DNA from: a virus | DNA length: 36,638 bases | Virus record (IMG/VR): IMGVR_UViG_3300045988_010186 | Coordinates: 1-36,638 of that record | Direction: 5' to 3' (one strand) | Shown here: one piece after another, positions 23,672 through 31,672 of the stretch | Layout: the number at the start of each line of letters is the position of its first letter | Position numbering within the stretch: the stretch's first letter is position 1 | Position numbers and translations under genes: made by a program | Notes under the pieces: model-generated | What the model was told of the DNA's origin: nothing | The model's database searches: none | Seen by the model: the letters and a program-made list of their open reading frames with translations, nothing else

Positions 23672-23834
23672 CCCCATGCAGATGATCGCGCAATTCCGGC
23701 AGTTTGCGAAGTCCATGACGCCGCAAAAAGCCCAGCAGCAGATCGAGAAAATGCTCACATCCGGCCAAATGTCGCAAACGCAGTTTGAAAGCCTGAAACA
23801 GCAGGCACAGTCTTTTATGCAACTTCTCAAATAA
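23616..23834 (+). CDS. Hypothetical Q-rich small protein; start uncertain (the ATG at 23646 with GGGGAG is an alternative)
   Basis: Plus-strand ORF ending at the bidirectional terminator. Confidence 0.45.
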   Translation: MASSIFGENPMQQMQAGSNPMQMIAQFRQFAKSMTPQKAQQQIEKMLTSGQMSQTQFESLKQQAQSFMQLLK

Positions 23835-23866
23835 AAAAGGGCGGCCGTCTCGCCGCCCTGATATAA
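23833..23866. terminator. Bidirectional intrinsic terminator
   Basis: The hairpin GGGCGGC-cgtctc-GCCGCCC is flanked by AAAAAA upstream and a T-rich run downstream. Confidence 0.7.
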
Positions 23867-23874
23867 AATTTATT

Positions 23875-24084
23875 TTAGATGTTCTCTCCGTTGGAGATGC
23901 GCATCATCACATCTTCGGTGATGTTCGTATCTTTTTTCGAATTGTAAAAAATCGAACTCATCGAACCATCGCTGAAAAATGCTGCCTTTTCGTATCTCTT
24001 AATAAGTGCTTTCGCGCTGTCGCTCGTGCTCTTAAAGATGATGTCTCCGTCTTCACTGGTAACAGTCATGTAATACTTTTTCAT
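23875..24084 (-). CDS. Hypothetical protein (69 aa), monocistronic unit
   Basis: It has its own promoter (24138-24166), an RBS (AAAGGAGA) and the terminator at 23833-23866. Confidence 0.55.
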   Translation of the reverse strand: MKKYYMTVTSEDGDIIFKSTSDSAKALIKRYEKAAFFSDGSMSSIFYNSKKDTNITEDVMMRISNGENI

Positions 24085-24137
24085 TTTTAATATCTCCTTT
24101 GTTTAATGTTTTTTGTTGTTTCCCTCTCTGTGATTAT

Positions 24138-24166
24138 ATAATAGCACATATATGTGTAAATGTCAA
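24138..24166 (-). promoter_or_regulatory. Promoter (TTGACA-N17-TATTAT)
   Basis: Minus strand reads TTGACA (24166-24161), a 17-nt spacer, then TATTAT (24143-24138), followed by ATAATCA. The upstream TTTTTATCAAAAAG element is shared with 14750-14766. Confidence 0.6.
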
Positions 24167-24234
24167 CACTTTTTGATAAAAAGGTAAAGTTTTTTTGAAA
24201 AATAATCAGGGGTGCACACCGGTTATTAAATAAA

Positions 24235-24837
24235 TTGAAAGGAATGATTATTCTGGATAATTACAGTCTTTCTGACCTCCGCGCTGCCGTTGATGGTGGC
24301 GGCGAAGGGTGGAACAACGGAGGCGCTTGGTGGATCATCATCCTGTTCCTGTTCGTCTTTATGGGCGGCGGCTTCTGGGGCAACCGTCAGGGCGAATTCG
24401 GGCAGTATGCAACTGCCGCCAGCCAGCAGGAGATCCTGTTCGGCCAGCAGTTCGGCCAGCTCAACGATCGCCTGAACAACGTCGGCAACGGCATCTGCGA
24501 CAGCACGTTCGCGCTTAACAACGCCATCACATCGGAAGGCCGCAATCTGTCCGCACAGCTCGCGCAGTGCTGCTGCGACAACCGTCTTGCCACGGCGAAC
24601 CTGTCCGCTCAGATGAACCAGAACGCCTGCGACATCACCACGGCGATCCATGCCGAGGGTGAAGCTACCCGCGCGCTGATTCAGACTAACGAAATCCAGG
24701 CTCTTCGTGACAAGGTTTCCAGCCTTGAGATGGACTCTCGCTTCTGCGGCGTTGTCCGCTACCCGATGAGCTATTCTTATAGCGCTGGTAATTCTCCGTT
24801 CTGCGGTTGCGGCTGCGGCTGCGGGAATAACATCTAA
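24235..24837 (+). CDS. Membrane-anchored Q/N/C-rich protein with a C-terminal (CG)n tail; start uncertain (TTG 24235 or ATG 24244)
   Basis: The TM segment is AWWIIILFLFVFMGGGFWG. Internal CCC and other Cys motifs occur, and the C-terminus reads FCGCGCGCGNNI. Confidence 0.55.
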   Translation: MKGMIILDNYSLSDLRAAVDGGGEGWNNGGAWWIIILFLFVFMGGGFWGNRQGEFGQYATAASQQEILFGQQFGQLNDRLNNVGNGICDSTFALNNAITSEGRNLSAQLAQCCCDNRLATANLSAQMNQNACDITTAIHAEGEATRALIQTNEIQALRDKVSSLEMDSRFCGVVRYPMSYSYSAGNSPFCGCGCGCGNNI

Positions 24838-24889
24838 ACCACGTTGCCGGTATCGGCAACATGGTGACGCCCTTTTAGGCGAGGTTATT

Positions 24890-24916
24890 GGGGCGGCAAT
24901 AGCTGCCCCATTTTTC
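24890..24916 (+). terminator. Plus-strand intrinsic terminator/attenuator inside the cassette
   Basis: GGGGCGGC-aata-GCTGCCCC forms an 8-bp stem and is followed by ATTTTT. Confidence 0.5.
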
Positions 24917-24938
24917 GTATTATGAAAGGATTGATTAT

Positions 24939-25340
24939 ATGAGTAAATCTGCTATCTACACAACCAACACCAGCGCACCGGCAGTTGCTGTCGGCGGCAT
25001 CATCCCGGTTGGTAACACCGCCAGGCGTTATGGATGCAACATCAAGCAGGATGGTAATGCCATCACGCTTTGCGGCAGCGGATACTATCTCGTAAACGTC
25101 TCCGCGACGGTCACACCGGCAGCGGCCGGAACTGTGTCTGTCACCGCGCAGAAAGACGGCGTTGCAATCATCGGCGCAACCGGCTCGGAAACTGTTGCCG
25201 CTGCCGCGACAGCCGTCAACATTGGCCTGACTGCCATCGTTCGCAACGCTTGCGGATGCGAAAGCAGCATCCTGTCGTTCGTCCTCGGCGGTGCGGCATC
25301 GGTTATCGATAACCTCGCGGTCACGGTCGTGAAACTGTGA
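24939..25340 (+). CDS. Beta-rich protein resembling BclA C-terminal (C1q/TNF-like) domains
   Basis: [36 protein letters not shown]...NLAVTVVKL follows the pattern I associate with BclA_C-like proteins of Firmicutes. This is from memory only. Confidence 0.4.
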   Translation: MSKSAIYTTNTSAPAVAVGGIIPVGNTARRYGCNIKQDGNAITLCGSGYYLVNVSATVTPAAAGTVSVTAQKDGVAIIGATGSETVAAAATAVNIGLTAIVRNACGCESSILSFVLGGAASVIDNLAVTVVKL

Positions 25341-25348
25341 GGCGCGTC

Positions 25349-25660
25349 ATGAAAATTATCGAAAAACTGTCAGCAATGGTAGACGAGGAAATTGATGACG
25401 CAGGTAAGTACGCAAAGTGCGCCATCAAGTACAAGGGCGAACGTCCCGAACTCGCCAAGACATTTTACGACCTTTCAACCGACGAGTTGCGCCACATGGC
25501 GCTGCTACACGCGGAAGTCGTTGGTATCATCAAGGAGTATCGTGCAAAGCACGGAGAGCCGCCAGCAGAGATGCAGGCCGTATACGACTATTTGCACGAC
25601 AAGCAGTTAGACAAGGCGCAGGAAGTCAAAAACGCGCAGGCTATGTACCGCGAGATGTAA
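25349..25660 (+). CDS. Helical, ferritin-like/four-helix-bundle-like hypothetical protein
   Basis: ATG at 25349 is preceded by GTGAGG. The pattern [14 protein letters not shown]...[13 protein letters not shown] is ferritin-like. Confidence 0.4.
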   Translation: MKIIEKLSAMVDEEIDDAGKYAKCAIKYKGERPELAKTFYDLSTDELRHMALLHAEVVGIIKEYRAKHGEPPAEMQAVYDYLHDKQLDKAQEVKNAQAMYREM

Positions 25661-25671
25661 AGAGGGCGCGT

Positions 25672-25980
25672 ATGATCGATTATTCCGAAATTGAGAAGAC
25701 GCTGCTCGAATCGGAAGCTAATTACGATACGTCTTTTGCAGCACTAAACAAAATTGCTCCGCTGTATTGCGCGATGCTTTATAAGATGCTTTCTTCAAAA
25801 ACGGCAGTTTCCCAGCCAGAACCGCTTGACGTGTCAGGTGATAGCGATTTCCTGTCTGCGGTTTCCGGCAAGAACAGCGTTGAGATTTTCGCAATCATGG
25901 ATGAGCTGATGGAGACAATCAAAATCATCAATAGCAAGCTATATTTGGCCGTCATGAAAAAGCTGAATGCAATCGAATAA
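25672..25980 (+). CDS. Hypothetical protein (102 aa)
   Basis: ATG at 25672 is preceded by AGAGGG. It is the in-frame tail of track ORF 25417..25980. Confidence 0.45.
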   Translation: MIDYSEIEKTLLESEANYDTSFAALNKIAPLYCAMLYKMLSSKTAVSQPEPLDVSGDSDFLSAVSGKNSVEIFAIMDELMETIKIINSKLYLAVMKKLNAIE

Positions 25981-26017
25981 AAAAATAGCCGCCTATAATG
26001 GGCGGCTATATTATTTT
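25978..26017. terminator. Bidirectional intrinsic terminator
   Basis: The hairpin ATAGCCGCC-tataatg-GGCGGCTAT is flanked by AAAAAAA and TTATTTT. Confidence 0.65.
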
Positions 26018-26229
26018 ATGTGCTTGTATAATCTTTCCTGCGCCTTATACACGATGGTTTTCGTGTGTTGCGTGCTCAAGTCAAATTCTGACGCAAGCTG
26101 TTCAAATGTACGGCCGTCAAGCAATCTGCGCTTCAAAATCTCGCGGTCGCGCTCGTTGAAAATAAAGCTATCAATCAAATGCTCCCATCGCTGTCGGCTA
26201 AAATCGAATTCCTCCGTTGGCTTAATCAA
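26011..26229 (-). CDS. Small sigma-70 region-4-like / HTH transcription factor
   Basis: ERDREILKRRLLDGRTFEQLASEFDLSTQHTKTIVYKAQERL is region-4-like. Confidence 0.55.
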   Translation of the reverse strand: MIKPTEEFDFSRQRWEHLIDSFIFNERDREILKRRLLDGRTFEQLASEFDLSTQHTKTIVYKAQERLYKHIK

Positions 26230-26515
26230 GGTAAATTACCTCCATATTCACCATCTTTGCAAATTCAATTTCGCGGCGCACGCCCTCGCTCACCTTGGAC
26301 GCGACGATTAGAGCATCACACACCGATAGCAAATCAAGGCACAATTCCATTTCCGGCTCATGCCCGATCTCGTCGTATCCCATGTGTGAGAAGACCAACA
26401 GCGGGCAAACGTAGCAGTTATTTTGGTCTTCCATCTGCAAGTCATGTGTGATTTTTGCAGCCTTGCGAACATTTTCCGGGTCTCCCTGATAGCAGTGCGA
26501 AACATAGTACACCAT
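26222..26515 (-). CDS. Nucleoside 2-deoxyribosyltransferase-like superfamily protein (DUF4406/DUF1937-like)
   Basis: 97 aa. The pattern YYVSHCY...CPLLVFSH...LLSVCDALIV..SEGVRREIEFA resembles this fold family. This is from memory only. Confidence 0.4.
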   Translation of the reverse strand: MVYYVSHCYQGDPENVRKAAKITHDLQMEDQNNCYVCPLLVFSHMGYDEIGHEPEMELCLDLLSVCDALIVASKVSEGVRREIEFAKMVNMEVIYLD

Positions 26516-26524
26516 GTAATCACC

Positions 26525-27313
26525 TCACATTGTGATAACGATATCTTTGCGCTTCCCGCAAAGCGTCATGGTCTGCAAGGCGTGGGATGATGGGATAAGC
26601 ATTTTCTGCGCCGCATAGCCGCCGAAGTCAAGCCAAGCGGTCGAAGAAATTACCTTAAACGGCTTGAAGCTAATTTTATTGTTAAACTTGTCAACGACGA
26701 TTTTTGCGGGCTGTGAAATCATCGGTTTGTGAGTGTGACCGACAATCAGCGCGTCAACGCCATCAAGAACATACCCAAAGCGTTCGTTTCGGTTGATTGT
26801 TCCGCCAGACAGGATGCCGCCACCAGCGCCGTGAGTGACGCAGATGCAGTAGGTCGGGTTTTTCTTACCGTCGCCGTTCAGCTTGCCGATCTGGATTTTG
26901 ACGAAAGCCATGTTTTCACGGTAAAGGTGCTCCAAATCCAGCTTGCACATGATATCATACATCGGATCGCCATCAATATCTTTTCCGCTTCGGCGTTCGT
27001 GGTTGCCGCTAACCGCGCACAAAATTCTATCAGAAATTGGTTTGAGCATTTCCGCCATAACTCGCTTTTGCTCTCGCGGCCTCATGGTTTCATCAAAAAC
27101 GTTTCCGACAGAAGTTTTTACGGTGTTGTTAATCAAGTCGCCGCCGAGCGTGATATATACGTTCGGCGTTTTTTCCACCATAGCGCAAAAATCACGCCAT
27201 TCTTTTGCCATGTGTTCAGCCGCTCCAAGATGCACATCGCTGATTGGGACAATGGTCAAATCTTCATTTTTGGGGAATTTATGCTGAATGATTTCAAAAT
27301 CGGAAAGCATCAT
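26525..27313 (-). CDS. Metallophosphoesterase (calcineurin-like)
   Basis: Motifs ISDVHLG, GGDLIN, SGNHE, VTHGAGGG and VGHTH. Confidence 0.75.
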   Translation of the reverse strand: MMLSDFEIIQHKFPKNEDLTIVPISDVHLGAAEHMAKEWRDFCAMVEKTPNVYITLGGDLINNTVKTSVGNVFDETMRPREQKRVMAEMLKPISDRILCAVSGNHERRSGKDIDGDPMYDIMCKLDLEHLYRENMAFVKIQIGKLNGDGKKNPTYCICVTHGAGGGILSGGTINRNERFGYVLDGVDALIVGHTHKPMISQPAKIVVDKFNNKISFKPFKVISSTAWLDFGGYAAQKMLIPSSHALQTMTLCGKRKDIVITM

Positions 27314-27441
27314 TTGCCCCCTTTCTTTCTCTTTGGGGCTTTTACGCGGCCAGTTCCGTGGCAGATATTACATTTGATATAGCCGGAGTTGCCGCCTACT
27401 TTTCGACGCCTGTATGTCGTTTTAACGGTCTGTCTCGCCAT
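27310..27441 (-). CDS. Possible small basic protein (43 aa)
   Basis: Not in the track. RBS-like GGTGGTGA is present. The sequence is MARQTVKTTYRRRKVGGNSGYIKCNICHGTGRVKAPKRKKGGK. It overlaps both neighbours. Confidence 0.3.
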   Translation of the reverse strand: MARQTVKTTYRRRKVGGNSGYIKCNICHGTGRVKAPKRKKGGK

Positions 27442-27691
27442 ACAAATCACCACCGGCAAAAATATTTTCGCCATTATCTGCATCTTGCGTTACAGTTTGA
27501 TGTACTGTATCGTACTTCGATTCATACACAATCCACATCGCGTTCGTTGCCACCAACAGCGCGATCGTCACGATAAGCGCAATCCAAAGCCGTTTGATAA
27601 CGCGCTCCAGCCGAGACATCACCCCTTCGTGCACGACATACGGCACATTAGGCGGACTCTTTTTTGCTTTGCAGGTGTTGCAATCCGGCAT
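27422..27691 (-). CDS. Single-pass membrane protein of the lysis region
   Basis: The TM segment is LWIALIVTIALLVATNAMWIV. Confidence 0.5.
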   Translation of the reverse strand: MPDCNTCKAKKSPPNVPYVVHEGVMSRLERVIKRLWIALIVTIALLVATNAMWIVYESKYDTVHQTVTQDADNGENIFAGGDLYGETDR

Positions 27692-27695
27692 TTTA

Positions 27696-27908
27696 TCAGC
27701 CTCCCAAAAATACTTTAATCAGCAGCGCGATAATACCGGCGCAGATGCCGGTTGTAAGCCAGTTATTTACCTTCATTCTCTCTTCCAGCACAGCAAACCT
27801 GGTCGAATCTTTTGCCAGCTTACCGCCGATGCCGTTGGTCACGTCGTTGCATTCCTCGCGGGTAACAAAAATCTTTTCTAAACGCTCGATATCATTCTGG
27901 TCAATCAT
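27696..27908 (-). CDS. XhlA-like membrane protein
   Basis: 70 aa with an N-terminal coiled coil and a C-terminal TM segment (NNWLTTGICAGIIALLIKVFLGG). Confidence 0.5.
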   Translation of the reverse strand: MIDQNDIERLEKIFVTREECNDVTNGIGGKLAKDSTRFAVLEERMKVNNWLTTGICAGIIALLIKVFLGG

Positions 27909-27937
27909 GGTAAAAATTCCTCTCTATTCAAAATATA

Positions 27938-27978
27938 TCAAAAAAGGGCGTGAAAATCAACAAAAATCTTCACGCCCT
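27938..27978 (-). terminator. Minus-strand intrinsic terminator between the holin and the XhlA-like gene
   Basis: AGGGCGTGAA-14 nt-TTCACGCCCT is followed by TTTTTTGATA on the minus strand. Confidence 0.55.
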
Positions 27979-27988
27979 ATATTATTTA

Positions 27989-28243
27989 TTAGTATTTTTT
28001 AGGCTCGTCATAGCTCATAGCCCGCACGCTGTCGCTGACACCAGCCGTAGTCGGGTCTACCACAATTCCGAGCAGGCACAAAATGTTGATGACCATGCTG
28101 ATGATCGTCGTAACCTGATCCTGCGACACACGCGGCACGACGCCGCACACGCCGAGCACCTGATACACCAGTGCCACCAGCGCCATGACGAGCGCGGTCA
28201 GCGTAGCCTTGTTCTGCAGCCTAAGTTTCCAGTTAATTTTCAT
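27989..28243 (-). CDS. Holin (phi LC3 / Phage_holin_1 family)
   Basis: MKINWKLRLQNKATLTALV...VDPTTAGVSDS is present. Start taken at M10, 6 nt after GGAGGG. Confidence 0.75.
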   Translation of the reverse strand: MKINWKLRLQNKATLTALVMALVALVYQVLGVCGVVPRVSQDQVTTIISMVINILCLLGIVVDPTTAGVSDSVRAMSYDEPKKY

Positions 28244-28256
28244 GTGCATCCCTCCA

Positions 28257-29108
28257 TCACTTGTTTTCATCCATCATCCGCTGGCACACGATCATCGTGC
28301 GCAGCATATCCATTGATACGTCCAGCTTGCCGTGCTCATTGCCTTTAAGAGCGCCACGGTCGATCAGCCGCTGCGTCTCCTCGCGCGCCCAGCCGGGAAC
28401 GTCATCGATCGTGGCATATCTGGGACTGCGCGCATCCGCGTACCGCTTGCCGATCACCATGCCGCGCACCATGTCACGTGACAGGTCAATATATCCGTTA
28501 TCGTCGCCTTTAAGAGCGCCCGCGTCCATCAGCGCGCGCACCACGTCCCGCGCCCAATCTGGAACGTCCTCGATTTTGCTATATCGTACCATATCATCAT
28601 CCTCCTCTTCGTTCGGGTGTTCCGGCGTCAGCATGGCCAGAAATGCCGTCCACTGCGCCGGGTTATCCACCCAAGGCATGGGGCAGTGCTTTCCCGTCAC
28701 GTCGTAGTGCCGCAACACGTGGTCGGTGTCGATGCCATAGCGCTGCATAATGTCTTTTGCCAAGGCCGCGGCGTTTGTCACGGTCTCCGGCTTGATGTAG
28801 TAACTGCCGTCGGCGCGCTTGCGGCTGCACATCTCGATGCCGATGCTGTTGGCATTGCGACACTCTGGATGCCAGTACGCCCGCGCGCCGCAGTGCCACG
28901 CCGTGTCGCCCTCGCGCACGGACTGCATCGCGCCATACTCGTCCACAAAATAGTGTGCGCTTGCCTGCAGGCCGCCCACGCGGTGATAGTAGTCGCAGTT
29001 GTTTTTTGCCGTGTCTCCGTCGTTTGCCGTGTAGTGCATCACAATGTACTGCACCGGCCGCGTGCGCCCGGAACGGTAATTGTCTGAGTTACAAGCAATG
29101 AATTCCAT
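28257..29108 (-). CDS. Endolysin: N-acetylmuramoyl-L-alanine amidase (Amidase_2/PGRP) with two C-terminal ~48-aa repeats
   Basis: YIVMHYTAND...AHYFVD...SIGIEMC...HYDVTGKHCP is present, followed by an acidic linker and tandem repeats at aa 175-222 and 230-277. Confidence 0.85.
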   Translation of the reverse strand: MEFIACNSDNYRSGRTRPVQYIVMHYTANDGDTAKNNCDYYHRVGGLQASAHYFVDEYGAMQSVREGDTAWHCGARAYWHPECRNANSIGIEMCSRKRADGSYYIKPETVTNAAALAKDIMQRYGIDTDHVLRHYDVTGKHCPMPWVDNPAQWTAFLAMLTPEHPNEEEDDDMVRYSKIEDVPDWARDVVRALMDAGALKGDDNGYIDLSRDMVRGMVIGKRYADARSPRYATIDDVPGWAREETQRLIDRGALKGNEHGKLDVSMDMLRTMIVCQRMMDENK

Positions 29109-29125
29109 CAGATCTTCGCCTCCAT

Positions 29126-30598
29126 TTATTTGTACTTGCCAATGACATAGTAGCTGATCTGCGGCTTATTAACCGTCGCGTCGGATGCTCTCACGCACTG
29201 ATATGCCGGGGCGTGCGTCAGCCGCGTACCTGTATCGTTTTCCGTGTTTGTGGCAAGCCAGATGTTGCCACTTCCAACCGTTGGCGTCGCCGACACGGCA
29301 GGGTTTTCGATAAACGGAAACGGATATTGGCGTGCTGCTTTATTTTCCTCGAGACCCATCCACGATGCTGTATACAGTGCGCCCCATGTTTGCGATGTCA
29401 TTTCCAGTTTGTCCGTATCGAACGTAGCCCACATCTCTGCGATGCCGGATGCCCACTTACGCCAAACCCATTTTCCGGTTGTGCCCTGCTCGATAACATA
29501 ATCAACGCCAACGCCGCCGGAATCGCCGCCGAAAGAGCCGCCAGACCCGCCACCAGATGAGATAATGCTCGTAATGCTGCCTTTTTTTGCTCCGAGAGTA
29601 ATTCTCGAGTTTGAAACCCGCACCAAGTCGGTCGAAATGCTATTTACCACCATCTCCGCGTCAATCCCATGCGGTGGAGAAAGCACGCGGACAGAGTCGC
29701 CAACCTCAAACGACGAGATTGTTTTGTCGAGGTTGTGCAGGTCAATCGCGGTCAAGGTGATGGTGTTGTTCATCGCGGCGTACCTCGTAAGATACGCCTG
29801 CCCATACGATTTTACAACAGACGGGTCGTCGCTGTCAACCTGCATCGTCTTGTCTATGCGCCCATAACGCAACTCGACTGCTTCATTTTGCAGATACGCC
29901 TTCCCATCGTTCACACTTGCGATCGTAAGCCCATCTTTTCCAAGCGGCCAAACTCGCGTGACAAGTGTGCCGACTTCGAGCTGCCCCTCGATGTTAACCA
30001 GGTTCGAGCCAAACGCGATTTTCTGGCTGTTTTCTTTTCCGATTGTTCTTGTGTAGTTAATATACACATCGCCGCCGATGTAGGATGCCCAGATATAGCC
30101 TCCCTTGTCCGACCTCAGCTCTTTCAGCAGTTCAAAAATGTTTTTACATTCTGCGCCGTGTGAAACCGAAAATGTTTGGCTTTCAAACCCGGTAACTTGC
30201 CCGACTTTGATTTCTTTGTCAGCAGTAACGCCATCGTTGTAATTTTTGACAATCGCAGTGACATAGCTTTCAATCCCGCGCGAAGAAACGGTGAATGGCT
30301 CTTTGATGACATCGGCCATCAACGCGATCATGCCATCGCAGCTTACGACGGTATCACCGCGAAAATTTTTGCTTACGCTTGACGCAGTGCCACGGAAGAT
30401 TTCCACGCCATCGGATTCCAACTTAATTACAGATGTGTGCGGTTCTACCCGCGATGCCATGTCGTTTGACGGCGGCAAAGTGAATTCAAGCGAGCTGACC
30501 GCGTTAATTTCTTCTGTCAGAGAGCCGGAAATGATTTCTCGACCGCTTATCTGCGTGGTGGAAAAAAGCAGGTCTCCGTCTACATAGCATACAAACAT
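29126..30598 (-). CDS. Tail-associated protein (Tal-like / prophage tail endopeptidase family N-terminal region)
   Basis: 490 aa, directly after Dit. A Gly-rich linker (SSGGGSGGSFGGDSGG) precedes the C-terminal domain. Confidence 0.65.
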   Translation of the reverse strand: MFVCYVDGDLLFSTTQISGREIISGSLTEEINAVSSLEFTLPPSNDMASRVEPHTSVIKLESDGVEIFRGTASSVSKNFRGDTVVSCDGMIALMADVIKEPFTVSSRGIESYVTAIVKNYNDGVTADKEIKVGQVTGFESQTFSVSHGAECKNIFELLKELRSDKGGYIWASYIGGDVYINYTRTIGKENSQKIAFGSNLVNIEGQLEVGTLVTRVWPLGKDGLTIASVNDGKAYLQNEAVELRYGRIDKTMQVDSDDPSVVKSYGQAYLTRYAAMNNTITLTAIDLHNLDKTISSFEVGDSVRVLSPPHGIDAEMVVNSISTDLVRVSNSRITLGAKKGSITSIISSGGGSGGSFGGDSGGVGVDYVIEQGTTGKWVWRKWASGIAEMWATFDTDKLEMTSQTWGALYTASWMGLEENKAARQYPFPFIENPAVSATPTVGSGNIWLATNTENDTGTRLTHAPAYQCVRASDATVNKPQISYYVIGKYK

Positions 30599-31672
30599 TC
30601 ACAGCCTCTCCTTCATGTACTCAATTTCCAGCGTTCCACTTTTCCCGTCAGCCGTTGCTATGATGTCAGCCCCACCGCGTGGTATGACAAAATACGGGTT
30701 CATCGACGTGTTCGCTTTCAGTACCGTCGAAGTGTAACTGCGGTTTTCATCGAAAACATTTATATTGATGTTATACGCGCGCGGAAGATACGTCGGGGAA
30801 ACAACGCGGTCGCTACCATCGATGTGCGTTGATGTCCATTGTGCCAAGGACAGGCTAACAAACAAAAATCTTGCACTGCTGGACCAAGTAGTGAACACAA
30901 GAACCACGGCCGTTGACGGTGAAGTAAATGTTGTTGGCTGCTTGATTTCGCTTTCACCAATTATGTCCCCTGTTTTGCTACCAGCGCGAATTGTTATATA
31001 TGAGTTTCCGTAAATTCCTTTAACGTCGAGGTTATACTTAGACCCAACGGTCAACCCTGTGACAGTAAGATACACATAACCCTTTGTGGCAGACTTTGAA
31101 ATGGACATCGAAATGTCGTGACTGCCACTCGAATTTTTCGTATAGCTATAATTGACAATACCACCGATCGCATATGTGTCGATGTTCGCATCTCCTTGCG
31201 AAGCCGGCATAAGGTCGCCCGTATTATACACAGGGATTTCCACCGTTGTTGCGCCAGACACAGGCTGCCTAAATGGATTCGCGTCGATCGTCAGCGTTAT
31301 GGTGCGAAAGTCCTGCTGATAATCGTCCTCAATGTCCGTCAGTCTGCCGTAGTAATAATACCCGCTGGTCGTCTCAAACCGGCAGTCTACAATTTGCCCG
31401 AGATACTTTCTGCGCAGCGCGTCAAAATCATAGGTCGAGCCAGCGATCTTACGCAAGGTGACCTCAATGCTGCGGTTACCATAATGGATGCCCTGCACGC
31501 TAGAAAAGTCGAGCACGCCGTCATATGTGTTGATGTCTACCGTGTCCGTTTTTACCGCCGGGTTGTTGATAGTCGCGGACACGACTGCCACTTGCTTGCC
31601 GGTATCGGGCACAATCTCGTCCCATATGCTAGAGCCGTGCAAGCGCATCATAAACGTCAAAAGTTTTCCCAT
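30599..31672 (-). CDS. Distal tail protein (Dit, Sipho_tail family) with a C-terminal extension
   Basis: 357 aa, directly after the tape measure gene. The N-terminal ~150 aa looks Dit-like. Confidence 0.65.
   Translation of the reverse strand: MGKLLTFMMRLHGSSIWDEIVPDTGKQVAVVSATINNPAVKTDTVDINTYDGVLDFSSVQGIHYGNRSIEVTLRKIAGSTYDFDALRRKYLGQIVDCRFETTSGYYYYGRLTDIEDDYQQDFRTITLTIDANPFRQPVSGATTVEIPVYNTGDLMPASQGDANIDTYAIGGIVNYSYTKNSSGSHDISMSISKSATKGYVYLTVTGLTVGSKYNLDVKGIYGNSYITIRAGSKTGDIIGESEIKQPTTFTSPSTAVVLVFTTWSSSARFLFVSLSLAQWTSTHIDGSDRVVSPTYLPRAYNININVFDENRSYTSTVLKANTSMNPYFVIPRGGADIIATADGKSGTLEIEYMKERL

Noticed and set aside
24226-24651. 141-aa minus-strand ORF and nested plus-strand frames (24290..24475, 24309..24518).
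   Set aside because: These are shadows of the GC-rich plus-strand gene 24235..24837, which has the TM segment and a coherent sequence.
24802-24825. TGCGG(T/C) hexanucleotide microsatellite.
   Set aside because: It simply encodes the C-terminal CGCGCGCG of the 24235..24837 protein. It is too short to treat as an independent element.
26525-27313. Second metallophosphoesterase interpreted as an SbcD/Mre11 nuclease.
   Set aside because: No SbcC/Rad50 partner is present and it lies in the lysis-distal block. The motifs support only a generic calcineurin-like phosphoesterase.
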